Assembly: GCA_963702905.1 (NCBI GenBank)
Contig: OY969769.1
Coordinates: 17,533 to 81,532 of the forward strand
From: an uncultured Solirubrobacterales bacterium
GTDB taxonomy: Bacteria > Actinomycetota > Thermoleophilia > Solirubrobacterales > Solirubrobacteraceae
Length of the DNA stretch: 64,000 bases
Direction of reading: 5' to 3'
Positions 19,420 to 28,271 of the stretch are shown here, one piece after another. The first letter of the stretch is position 1; each line of letters begins with the position of its first letter. Below the pieces are notes generated by a model, which saw only the letters and a list, made by a program, of their open reading frames with translations, was not told the DNA's origin and did not search any database. Position numbers and translations under genes: made by a program.

Positions 19420-20736
19420 ATGAGCGCCGCTACAGAGCGCGTGGACCTGAATGAGACAACGCGCTCCTGCGCCACCGAACTGGTGTGCCAGAGATGCGAT
19501 GTGAAGCTGCCGATCACCGACACGGAGGCGTTCTGCCCGGAATGCGGGAAGTGCTTGGACGTGGCGTACGACTACGACCTCGCGATCACACGCCTAAGAG
19601 AACGACCGATGTCGCAGCGCCCGTGGAACATCTGGCGCCTCTCCGAGCTGTCGCCAATCCGCGACGCCTACGCGCAGGCGCGGGTTGGCCAGTTCTCCGG
19701 TATGACCCCCCTGATCCCCGCCGACCGGCTCGGCGCGGCGTTGGGATTGAAAAAACTGTACGTGAAGGACGACAGCACGTCGCGTCCGAGCCTGTCCTAC
19801 AAGGACAGGGTTGTGTCCACCGCCGTGGCACGGTTGCTCGAGCTTGGCAAGGGCGAGATCGGGTGCGTGTCGACCGGCAACGTGGGCACCGCCGTCGCGT
19901 CTCTCGCCGCCAAGGCGGGGGTGACACCGTACGTGTTCTACCCCAACCGGCTGGAGCAGACCAAGGCGAAGGCGTGTAGAGCGCTCGGCGCAAAGGTGTG
20001 TCAGGTGGCGGGGAACTACGACGAAGCCAACCGTGAGTGCAAGAAGGTGGCGGCGGCAAGCGGTCTGGAGTTCGCGAACATCACGTTGCGCCCCTTCTAC
20101 GCGGAGGGAGCGAAGACGATGGCGTTCGAGATCGTGGAGCAGCTTGGATGGAAGGCGCCCGACAACATCGTGTCGGCGACCGCCGGGGGGACGCTGTCCT
20201 CGCGTTTGCACAAGGGGCTCGTGGAGCTTGAAACGGTGGGATTGGCGAAGACGAGCGCAACCAAGATGCACATCGCCCAGCCCGCGGGATGCTCGCCGAT
20301 CGCGAGCGCGATCGGGGCGAGAGATGCGGAGATCCACCCGTGCACGCCGGAGACGATCGCGCATTCGCTTGCTATCGGCAGCCCCGGCGACGGGTACCTG
20401 GTAATCGACGCGGTGCTTTCCCGCCACGGCAGCGCGGGGTCGGCCAGCGATGAGGAGATCTTCGCGGGCATCGACCTACTCGCGGCAACCGAGGGGATCC
20501 TCACCGAGCCTGCGGGAGGCACAACCGTCGCGGTGCTGAAGAAGTTGGCGGAAGCGGGCGAACTTGACCCTGATGCGACTGTGGTGGCGATCATCACCGG
20601 CAACGGTTTGAAGACGCTGGAGGATCACCCCGAGAAGCCGTGGCCGCAGACGGAGTGCGAGGTGGAGTCGATGCTGTCGGTGCTGAGCGAGCTCCAGCGG
20701 GAGCAGGCAGCCGAGGGTCAGCCGCTACCGGCCTGA
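19420..20736 (+). CDS. Threonine-synthase-like PLP-dependent enzyme (fold type II)
   Basis: N-terminal CxxC..CxxC, GMTPL, SYKDR (PLP Lys), STGN, FYAEGAKT, TEPAGG, ITGNGLK. Confidence 0.88.
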   Translation: MSAATERVDLNETTRSCATELVCQRCDVKLPITDTEAFCPECGKCLDVAYDYDLAITRLRERPMSQRPWNIWRLSELSPIRDAYAQARVGQFSGMTPLIPADRLGAALGLKKLYVKDDSTSRPSLSYKDRVVSTAVARLLELGKGEIGCVSTGNVGTAVASLAAKAGVTPYVFYPNRLEQTKAKACRALGAKVCQVAGNYDEANRECKKVAAASGLEFANITLRPFYAEGAKTMAFEIVEQLGWKAPDNIVSATAGGTLSSRLHKGLVELETVGLAKTSATKMHIAQPAGCSPIASAIGARDAEIHPCTPETIAHSLAIGSPGDGYLVIDAVLSRHGSAGSASDEEIFAGIDLLAATEGILTEPAGGTTVAVLKKLAEAGELDPDATVVAIITGNGLKTLEDHPEKPWPQTECEVESMLSVLSELQREQAAEGQPLPA

Positions 20737-21399
20737 GGCTGCTGCGTCGGCGACCACAAGCGCGCGGTCGGGTGCGACCCGGCCGGCGGGGATCGAGTGG
20801 TCGTGAGCGCGCAGGCGCCGTAGTGCGTCAACCTTGTCGGCGCCGGTGACGATCCACAGCAAGGCCCGCGCTCGGTCGATGACCGGGTAGGTGAGGGTCA
20901 TACGGGGCCGGCCCTGGTAGGAGCCGACGAGGGAAACGTCGCGATCTGTGACGTCGAGGACGGGATCGTCGGGGACCAGCGAGGCGGTGTGGCCGTCGGG
21001 GCCGAGACCGAGATGGATCAGATCGAAGCGGGCGGGCAGGAGCGCCGCATAGCGTGCGCCGGCGGCGTCGAGATCCGGGTCCTCGACCGGCATGGGATAC
21101 ACGCGAGCGAACGCCTCCGAAGGCAGAACGGCCCGCAGGTGGGTGAGGTTGCGGTCCTCGCTGCCGGCGGGCGCGACGCGCTCGTCCACCTGGTAGATCG
21201 ATGTCCGATCCCAGGGGAAGTCCGCGCGGGCCAACTCTGCAAACACAGCCCACGGGGTGCGACCGCCGCTGAACGCGAACGTGAAGGAGCCGCCCTCGGA
21301 GATCGCGGCGTGCGCGTGCTCGCGGATGACTTCGGCGGCACGAATGGCCACGGCCGCGGGATCGGGCAGAACCTGGACGGGTGGGATCTCCTCGCTCAC
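20725..21399 (-). CDS. pgl: 6-phosphogluconolactonase
   Basis: [32 protein letters not shown]. Confidence 0.88.
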   Translation of the reverse strand: MSEEIPPVQVLPDPAAVAIRAAEVIREHAHAAISEGGSFTFAFSGGRTPWAVFAELARADFPWDRTSIYQVDERVAPAGSEDRNLTHLRAVLPSEAFARVYPMPVEDPDLDAAGARYAALLPARFDLIHLGLGPDGHTASLVPDDPVLDVTDRDVSLVGSYQGRPRMTLTYPVIDRARALLWIVTGADKVDALRRLRAHDHSIPAGRVAPDRALVVADAAASGR

Positions 21400-23045
21400 A
21401 AGCAGTGGCGCAGCGCGCGGTAGCGGCAGATGAGCGCGTTGGTGGAGCTGTCGTGGTCGAGCGAAGGCTCGGTGTCGCTTTGAAGCTCGGGGATGATGCG
21501 CTTGGCAAGCGCCTTGCCGAGCTCGACGCCCCACTGGTCAAACGAGTCGATGTCCCATATGACGCCTTGTACGAACACGGAGTGCTCGTACAAGGCGATG
21601 AGCGCGCCAAGCGTGTGTGGGGTGAGCTGCTCGGCGAGCACGACATTCGTGGGTCTGTTGCCGGCCATCACCTTGTGAGCGACGACAGCGTCCGGGACGC
21701 CCTCGGCACGAACCTCCTGAGCGGTCTTGCCGAACGCGAGCGCCTCGGCCTGCGCGAAGACGTTTGACATCAGCAAGTCGTGATGGTCGCCGAGAGGGTT
21801 GAGAGGACGGGCGAAGGCGATTAGATCTACGGGGATGAGCCTCGTCCCCTGGTGGATCAACTGGTAGAAGGAATGTTGGCCGTTCGTGCCCGGCTCCCCC
21901 CAGTAGATAGGGCACGTATCAAAATCGACTTCTACGCCATCGAGGGTGACGTGCTTTCCGTTTGACTCCATCGCTAGCTGCTGGAGGTAGGCGGGAAAGC
22001 GCTTGAGATACTGGCTGTAGGGCATGACTCCGTGCGTGTGGGCGCCGAGGAAGTTGTTGTTCCAGACCGCGAGCAGCCCCATCAGCACAGGCAGGTTGCG
22101 CTCGTAGGGGGTGACGCGAAAGTGGTGGTCCATCGCGTGAAAGCCGGCGAGCAGCTCGTGGAAGTGGGTCGGGCCGATCGCGAGCATGGTGGATAGGCCG
22201 ATGGCGGAGTCCATCGAGTAGCGGCCGCCGACCCAATCCCAGAAGCCGAACATGTTGGTGGTGTCGATGCCGAACTCGGCGACCGCGTGGGCGTTGGTGG
22301 AGACGGCGACGAAGTGCTTGGCGACGGCAGCCTCGTCGCCGAGCGCGTCAAGCAGCCAGGCGCGGGCGGAGCGAGCGTTGGTCATCGTCTCGAGCGTGGT
22401 GAAGGTCTTGGAGGAGACGATGAAGAGCGTCTGGGCGGGGTCGAGGTCGCGGGTGGCCTCCACGAAGTCGGTGGAGTCGACGTTTGAGACGAAGCGAAAT
22501 GTGATGTCGCGACGGGTGTAGTGGCGTAGCGCCTCGTAGGCCATCACCGGGCCGAGGTCGGAGCCGCCGATACCGATATTGACCACGTTTGTGATGGGCT
22601 TGCCGGTGTGACCCGTCCACTCACCCGAGCGAACCTGGTCTGCGAAGGCGGCCATGCGATCGAGCACGGTGTGGACCTCCCCCACGACATCCACGCCGTC
22701 GAGCATGAGCGAAGCGCTCTTTGGCATCCGCAGCGCGACGTGCAAGACGGAGCGGTTCTCGGAGACGTTGATGCGCTCGCCCGTGAACATCGCCTCGGTG
22801 CGTTCTGATAGGCCGGCTTGGTTGGCGAGCGCGAGCAGCAGCGTCATCGTCTCGTCGGTAATGCGGTTCTTGGAGAAGTCGAGGTAGAGCCCCGCGCCCT
22901 CGGCGGTGAGCCGCTCGCCACGGACGGGGTCGGCGGCGAACAGCTCGCGCAGTGAGGCGTCGGCTATCGCGGCACGGTGGCGAGCGAGATCTCCCCAGGC
23001 GGGGAGCGCGGTGGGTGAGGGTTTTGACCTTTGCATCGTGCTCAT
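21396..23045 (-). CDS. pgi: Glucose-6-phosphate isomerase
   Basis: [41 protein letters not shown]. Confidence 0.97.
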   Translation of the reverse strand: MSTMQRSKPSPTALPAWGDLARHRAAIADASLRELFAADPVRGERLTAEGAGLYLDFSKNRITDETMTLLLALANQAGLSERTEAMFTGERINVSENRSVLHVALRMPKSASLMLDGVDVVGEVHTVLDRMAAFADQVRSGEWTGHTGKPITNVVNIGIGGSDLGPVMAYEALRHYTRRDITFRFVSNVDSTDFVEATRDLDPAQTLFIVSSKTFTTLETMTNARSARAWLLDALGDEAAVAKHFVAVSTNAHAVAEFGIDTTNMFGFWDWVGGRYSMDSAIGLSTMLAIGPTHFHELLAGFHAMDHHFRVTPYERNLPVLMGLLAVWNNNFLGAHTHGVMPYSQYLKRFPAYLQQLAMESNGKHVTLDGVEVDFDTCPIYWGEPGTNGQHSFYQLIHQGTRLIPVDLIAFARPLNPLGDHHDLLMSNVFAQAEALAFGKTAQEVRAEGVPDAVVAHKVMAGNRPTNVVLAEQLTPHTLGALIALYEHSVFVQGVIWDIDSFDQWGVELGKALAKRIIPELQSDTEPSLDHDSSTNALICRYRALRHCL

Positions 23046-24268
23046 CTCACGGAGACCTCTTCCTGGAGGTGGTCCTGGGAGGCTATAGCGGCGCAGTGGG
23101 GGCTACAGAAATAGAGGGTCTTCCCATCTATCTCCTTGCGAATCGCCTTGGCCTTGTCGACCTTCATACCGCACACAGAGTCGGTTGCGCCCCGACGCAT
23201 CGTGAGGGCGAACAGCGCAGCGAACACGGCGATGCCGAGAATGTTGGCGATGAGCTTGTAGTCGACTTTGACTTCACTGAAGATGTCGGCGCGAGTGGGA
23301 CGTACGGTGGGAATCAGGCCGGCGACGCTGAATATGCCATCGATGGCTAGCGCTGCGAGCACCATCGTGACGAACATGAGCGCGACGATGCGGAGTGTGA
23401 ACTTGCCGCCGTAGTACTTGCGGTAGATGAGCAGGATCGGCACCACCAGGAGGTCGGCGAAGATGAAAGAGATGACCCCCGCGAAGCCGATCCCGCCCGA
23501 CCACAGGACGGCGGCGAGCGGGATGTTGCCGACAGAGCACACGAAGGAGAGGATCGCGATGACCGGCCCGACGAGGGCGTTCTCGATCAACTTGAGCGGG
23601 GCCGGAGCGTCGGTGATGAAGAGCGAGTTCCATACGCTGTTGTCGATCTGGCCGATGAAGCCGGCGAGCAGGAAGCCGAGGGCGATCTCCTTGTAGAGCA
23701 TCGTCCAGTCGTTGCGGAAGTTGTGTGCGACGTCCGACCAGGCGGAGATGGAGGTGAGCCGCTCGCGGAGGCTCATGTTTGTGCCCACGGAGTGGTGCTG
23801 GTGGCCGGTGTCGGCCTCGATCGCGTGGGCGCGGGCTTGCTCTTCAAGGCGCTTGGAGACGAACACGCGCAGGAGGGCTGTCATGACGACGATGAGGATC
23901 AGCCCACCGACGAACTCCGCGAGCGTGAACTGCCAGCCGAGCAAAACCCATACGACGATGCCAAGCTCGATCACGAGGTTGGTGGAGGCGAACTGGAAGG
24001 CGAGCGCGGACGCCGCTGAGGAGCCCTTCTGGAAGAGGCTCTTGGCGATGGCGATCGCCGCGTAGGAGCACGAGGACGAGGCGGCTCCCAGCCCGGTGGC
24101 GACGGCTATGGACCTCGAACCGGTCCCGCCGAGCGCCCGCTCGATGCGGGTACGCGGTATCCATGCCTGGACGACCGCGGAGATGGCGAAGCCAAACACG
24201 AGCGCCCACCACACAGCCCAGGCCATGAGGAAGGCGTCCTTCAGGGCGTCGGCGATGGTTGTCAGCAC
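23042..24268 (-). CDS. DUF318/ArsP-like metal permease with C-terminal YHS-like domain (start may lie further upstream, up to 24367)
   Basis: SSSCSY and FVCSVGNIP motifs, His-rich loop, DSVCGMKVD...YFCSPHC. Confidence 0.8.
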   Translation of the reverse strand: MLTTIADALKDAFLMAWAVWWALVFGFAISAVVQAWIPRTRIERALGGTGSRSIAVATGLGAASSSCSYAAIAIAKSLFQKGSSAASALAFQFASTNLVIELGIVVWVLLGWQFTLAEFVGGLILIVVMTALLRVFVSKRLEEQARAHAIEADTGHQHHSVGTNMSLRERLTSISAWSDVAHNFRNDWTMLYKEIALGFLLAGFIGQIDNSVWNSLFITDAPAPLKLIENALVGPVIAILSFVCSVGNIPLAAVLWSGGIGFAGVISFIFADLLVVPILLIYRKYYGGKFTLRIVALMFVTMVLAALAIDGIFSVAGLIPTVRPTRADIFSEVKVDYKLIANILGIAVFAALFALTMRRGATDSVCGMKVDKAKAIRKEIDGKTLYFCSPHCAAIASQDHLQEEVSVR

Positions 24269-24370
24269 TGGTCGGGGCGTATCGCTGGCATGGCGCTCAC
24301 GATACGAGGGGTGTCGCGGACCCGGCTGCCCGTGACTTGCTCGCCTGCCCTCGTGCGAGGGCATCACATA

Positions 24371-24398
24371 GAAAAGCCCCGCCGGAGCGGGGCTTTTC
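24371..24398. terminator. Intrinsic terminator downstream of rnpB (symmetric, possibly bidirectional)
   Basis: GAAAAGCCCCGC-CGGA-GCGGGGCTTTTC perfect inverted repeat. Confidence 0.85.
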
Positions 24399-24402
24399 CT
24401 TA

Positions 24403-24728
24403 GCAGGTCGATAACCCGGGTTCTGTCGTTGAACAGCCATCCATCTGAGCGGCCTACCTGGATCTCGGCGGGCTACCTACAAGCGATCCGCTTTGGCCTT
24501 GCATCGGGTGGGGTTTGCCCAGCCGCCGCGTCACCGCGGCGCTGGTGCGCTCTTACCGCACCATTTCACCCTTACCGGCCCGCCGTTCACGTGGGACGGC
24601 GGGCTTAGGCGGTTTGTTTCTGTGGCACTTTCCCGCGGGTTTCCCCGGGTCGATAGCTCGACCACCTTGCCCTGTGATGTCCGGAGTTTCCTCGAAGGCC
24701 CGAGGGCCTCCGCGGCTGCCTGACCTGC
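24403..24728 (-). ncRNA. rnpB: RNase P RNA (bacterial type A)
   Basis: Minus strand: 5' GCAGGUC pairs with 3' GACCUGC (P1); GAGGAAACUCCGGAC; GGUAAGGGUGAAA...GGUGCGGUAAGAGCGCACC; GCAAGGCCAAA; ACAGAACCCGGGUUA. Confidence 0.95.
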
Positions 24729-24775
24729 ACTGTCACGGTAGCGCGGGACGGGGGTTGTTGGAAGGGGTGGACGAG

Positions 24776-25279
24776 CTAAAGTCGCGAGGGTCGCTCTTCG
24801 TACTCGCGTAGGAACCCCTCGAAAAGACGCCGGTGGCGCTCCTCGTCGCGGAGGATCACGATCACCATGTCGTTAGTGACCGGATCGACTCCCTCGGTCG
24901 CCTGGATGATCTCGTTGTAGAAAGCGATCGCTCCGGCCTCCGCGGCGATCACTCCCTTGATGACATGCACAATGTCGATCTGGTGTTCCGGCGGCTGTAG
25001 ATAAGACTGCTCCGCTTGGAAGCCCATCGAACCGGGCACGACACCGTAGAGCTCCTTGACGCGGGTCGCGAACTGGATGGCATGCCCCAGCTCCTCCTGA
25101 ATGTCCGCTCGCAGCGACCCGATCACCTCCTGCGCTCGCACACCGTCGGGATTGATGGAGTTGGCGATGTAGCTCATCACCGTCTCGATCTCCATCCAAT
25201 AGGCCCTGCGGAGCATCGCGACGATTCGGTTGCGCTCCTCGCGCATCTCCTCGGCAAGGATCCCGCTGCTGTTCCTCAT
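24776..25279 (-). CDS. Ferritin-like domain protein (bacterioferritin/rubrerythrin-like)
   Basis: WMEIE, EELGH, AAEAGAI, DEERH di-iron ligand pattern. Confidence 0.85.
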   Translation of the reverse strand: MRNSSGILAEEMREERNRIVAMLRRAYWMEIETVMSYIANSINPDGVRAQEVIGSLRADIQEELGHAIQFATRVKELYGVVPGSMGFQAEQSYLQPPEHQIDIVHVIKGVIAAEAGAIAFYNEIIQATEGVDPVTNDMVIVILRDEERHRRLFEGFLREYEERPSRL

Positions 25280-25478
25280 CCTCCCATCCAATCCTCCTGG
25301 GGCCACACGATCCGCCCCGACCGCAGGTTTTCAAGGCATTCAGAGGCCATCTACCCTGAGAGCCAGTTGCTCAACCTGTCCGCCACCCCAGGAGCCAACT
25401 GGCGAGACCGCCATTTCAAGGTGAGAGCGGCGACACATGCTCTTCCCGGAAGCTCTCCCCGATCCTCCTCCGAGCGGA

Positions 25479-25757
25479 TCAGGCCAGCCGGGCGCCGCAA
25501 CTGAGGCAGACACCGGCGAGCACATCGTGGTCGTGCTCGCGAGAGCCAGACGCCATCGGCCCGGCGCACACCGGGCATTGGACGGTGGCGCGCACGGCCA
25601 GGCCCTCCCAGACGCCGACGATCAGATCGTCGAGCGTCAGCCTGCCGTGCGCGTCCACTTGCCCCGTATCGGGCGCGCCGCCCAGCCGACGGCGCGTGCC
25701 GTGCTCGAAGCCCTCATCTAGGGCCGGGGGTCGCTCGAGCAGAAGGGTGCTCATCAC
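25479..25757 (-). CDS. Small zinc-finger protein translationally coupled to lexA
   Basis: CPVC and CLSC pairs; start overlaps the lexA stop (ATGA). Confidence 0.6.
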   Translation of the reverse strand: MMSTLLLERPPALDEGFEHGTRRRLGGAPDTGQVDAHGRLTLDDLIVGVWEGLAVRATVQCPVCAGPMASGSREHDHDVLAGVCLSCGARLA

Positions 25758-26377
25758 ATGCTCCTGAGCAATCCCACCACGCGCCCAAGCACCTTGACCT
25801 CCTTGGTGCGGATCGGCTCCATGGTCTCGTTCTCGGGTTGCAGACGGATGTGATCTGGTTCGCGGAAGTAGCGCTTCACTGTGGCCTCCTCGCCGAGCAG
25901 CGCCACCACAATGTCGCCCTGCTGGGCAGTGTCCTGCTGATGGACGACGACGAGGTCATCTTCGACGATGCCGGCGTCCTTCATCGATTCGCCGCGGATA
26001 CGCAGGAGATAGTCGCCGTTGCTCCCGCCCGCGAGGGTCGGAACCGGCACGTACTCCTCCACGTTCTCCTCGGCGAGGATCGGCTGGCCGGCCGCCACCG
26101 AACCAAGCAGCGGGAGGCTTTCGGGGCGGACGATGTTGCGGACGCTGTCCACGGCTGTGCCAACAGCACGGTCGAACAGCTCGATCGCGCGAGGCTTGGA
26201 GGGGTCGCGGCGCAGCAGACCAATCTTCTCGAGGTTGGCGAGATGGGCGTGGACGGTGGAGGACGACGCCAGGCCGACCGCCTTACCGATGTCGCGGACC
26301 GTCGGCGGGTAGCCGTACTTGGCCGAGTACTTGCGGATGAAGTCGAAGATCTCCTGCTGACGCTTGGTCAGATCCAT
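25754..26377 (-). CDS. lexA: SOS repressor LexA
   Basis: MDLTKRQQEIFDFI...YPPTVRDIG; VAAG cleavage site; GESM serine; ATVK lysine. Confidence 0.97.
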   Translation of the reverse strand: MDLTKRQQEIFDFIRKYSAKYGYPPTVRDIGKAVGLASSSTVHAHLANLEKIGLLRRDPSKPRAIELFDRAVGTAVDSVRNIVRPESLPLLGSVAAGQPILAEENVEEYVPVPTLAGGSNGDYLLRIRGESMKDAGIVEDDLVVVHQQDTAQQGDIVVALLGEEATVKRYFREPDHIRLQPENETMEPIRTKEVKVLGRVVGLLRSM

Positions 26378-26417
26378 GTGCAGGTGGCTCCCGTGTCGAT
26401 TTGATTGGGCGATGAAA

Positions 26418-26431
26418 CGAACATGTGTTCG
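26418..26431. promoter_or_regulatory. LexA (SOS) box
   Basis: CGAAC-ATGT-GTTCG, the Gram-positive/actinobacterial consensus, 41 bp upstream of the lexA ATG. Confidence 0.9.
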
Positions 26432-26507
26432 TACAGTAGCGCGGCTCCTGGACGGAATCAAGGGAGCGCCGTCCGGCAAAGGCCCGACGGCTATACTCGC
26501 CCGCTCT

Positions 26508-26593
<86 letters not shown>

Positions 26594-26598
26594 TGGAG

Positions 26599-26623
26599 AA
26601 AGCCCGCAAATGCGGGGGCTTTT
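26599..26623 (+). terminator. Probable terminator after tRNA-Leu
   Basis: AAAGCCCGC-AAAT-GCGGG(GG)CTTTT hairpin with T tail. Confidence 0.65.
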
Positions 26624-26708
26624 GTGTGTCGAGCACAGTTCTGGCGGAAAGTCACCGACACTGCTAAAGCTGGCAGATAGAGCGCTGAGGTAGATCTGGC
26701 TGTCGGCG

Positions 26709-26836
26709 TTAGCCGAGCAGCTTCTCGGTGCGAGCGAGGACCTGCGAGGCGGGTAGTTCAAGGGCGGCGACGATCTTGAGGATGTTGGCAAGCGAGACGT
26801 TGCGCTCGACATCGCCGTAGTAGACGCGATTGCCAC
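26709..26836 (-). pseudogene. Truncated XRE-family HTH gene
   Basis: YYGDVERNVSLANILKIVAAL resembles the XRE 'YY.DVERGERN.SL.NI' pattern, with an internal deletion and no N-terminal helices. Confidence 0.55.
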
Positions 26837-27377
26837 GAGTGGGCATCATGGTGCGACTCCTTGACAAGTTAGTTACGATCGCCCCACGAAGAGGGGAGGA
26901 TGCACATGATCCAGATAGCCGGTTAAACATGAACGAGACACGTCTTTGCTCAGCGCTCAATTTGCGAAGACGATGGTCTTGCTTAAAGGTCTCAGTGGCC
27001 AACGCCAGAAAGCGTGGGATCATATGGCGGCTTCATAGTCTGGTGGCGCAGCAGCCGTAAATGCCTCGAGAATCCAGTCGCTGGTACTGAAAGTGCCCGC
27101 CGTTGCGAGTCCCGCAAAGCCGCACACAAGGCGGGCATCGGCAAAGTGCAAAATGGCAGCCTTGTTTTTTGGCAAAACATTTGGCCCACGGGAGCCAATC
27201 AAGAGCCGATCAGAAACCTGTACGATTGATCGGAATTACCGACAGCTAGCACGAAGGTCATTTAATTGCGTTGTCGCTGCGAAAGACCGGGCTATCCATC
27301 GGCCATTCGGGTTTGATCCTGTCTAGCTTCGCCGGTATCAGCCGAACTCGAACCCGCGATGACTGCACGAGCCGCCG

Positions 27378-27743
27378 TCAAGCAACAGCCGCGAACTCTC
27401 TCTCTACCTCGCCATCGACCGTGCGCTGAAAGCACACAAGCAGATCCTCGTCTAGGACAGCGGCGATACGTTGCAGCGTCGGCAACTGCGGGATGTGCGT
27501 GCCCTTCTCAAGTCGAGAGACGGCGCTGTGGGAAGTGTCCGCCGCCTTAGCGACCTCCTCCTGGGTGAGCCCCAACTCGAAGCGCCGCTCGCGCAGATGC
27601 GCCGCGATCGGGCTGACCTCGCGAAGGGCACGGATGCGCTCGTATTCGGCGCGAGCGTCGCGGTAGGCAGTGCTGCGCTTGGCGCGGCCCTGAGCTGCCT
27701 CGACGGCGCTGCTCCCAACGGGACTCTGTAGATCGGTAGCCAT
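27378..27743 (-). CDS. XRE/HTH antitoxin (HigA-like)
   Basis: LRERRFELGLTQEEVAKAADTSHSAVSRLEKG; lies directly downstream of a RelE-fold toxin. Confidence 0.8.
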   Translation of the reverse strand: MATDLQSPVGSSAVEAAQGRAKRSTAYRDARAEYERIRALREVSPIAAHLRERRFELGLTQEEVAKAADTSHSAVSRLEKGTHIPQLPTLQRIAAVLDEDLLVCFQRTVDGEVEREFAAVA

Positions 27744-27774
27744 ATCAGTAGCTTATCACGGCTGATAAGTACAG

Positions 27775-28215
27775 TCACCCACCTCGCGACCCCGGAGGCG
27801 CATCGCGCCCAGCGGCACGAGGACGCCGACGAGGGCTCGCATTCATCCTCGCCTCGAAGTCGACCATCCGTGCCTGGGCCGTCCTCTTGTCCTTCGCCGT
27901 GACCGCGCCCGTGTTCTTCTCGAAGGCATGGAGCAGGACCATCAGGTTCCGAGAGCGTTGGTAGAGCACGCGATAGCGCGTCTTGGCGAATCGGACGCGC
28001 AGCTCTCGCAGCTCTCCCTCGATCTGCGACGTGACCGGAAACTCCGGCGGCGGGTGGCGCGGATCGCGACCGTTCAGATGCTCTTCGATGGCGTCGTCTA
28101 TCTTCGCAACGGCCAGAGGCTGCACGTCCAGCAGTTCCTCAAGAAAGTCGTTGACCGGCTCCCTCCCACGGCTGTCGCGGTAGAAGACCGACTGCGTGCG
28201 GATGTGGCGCGCCAC
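27775..28215 (-). CDS. RelE/HigB-like (Gp49/DUF891-type) toxin; start uncertain
   Basis: VFYRDSRGREPVNDFL...GELRELRV...RVLY...VLLHAFEKNT. Confidence 0.8.
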   Translation of the reverse strand: MARHIRTQSVFYRDSRGREPVNDFLEELLDVQPLAVAKIDDAIEEHLNGRDPRHPPPEFPVTSQIEGELRELRVRFAKTRYRVLYQRSRNLMVLLHAFEKNTGAVTAKDKRTAQARMVDFEARMNASPRRRPRAAGRDAPPGSRGG

Positions 28216-28271
28216 GGCTGCATCCGCCCGAGAACTTTGTAGGCGCTTCGCTCTCGGCACGACCGAGAAGA

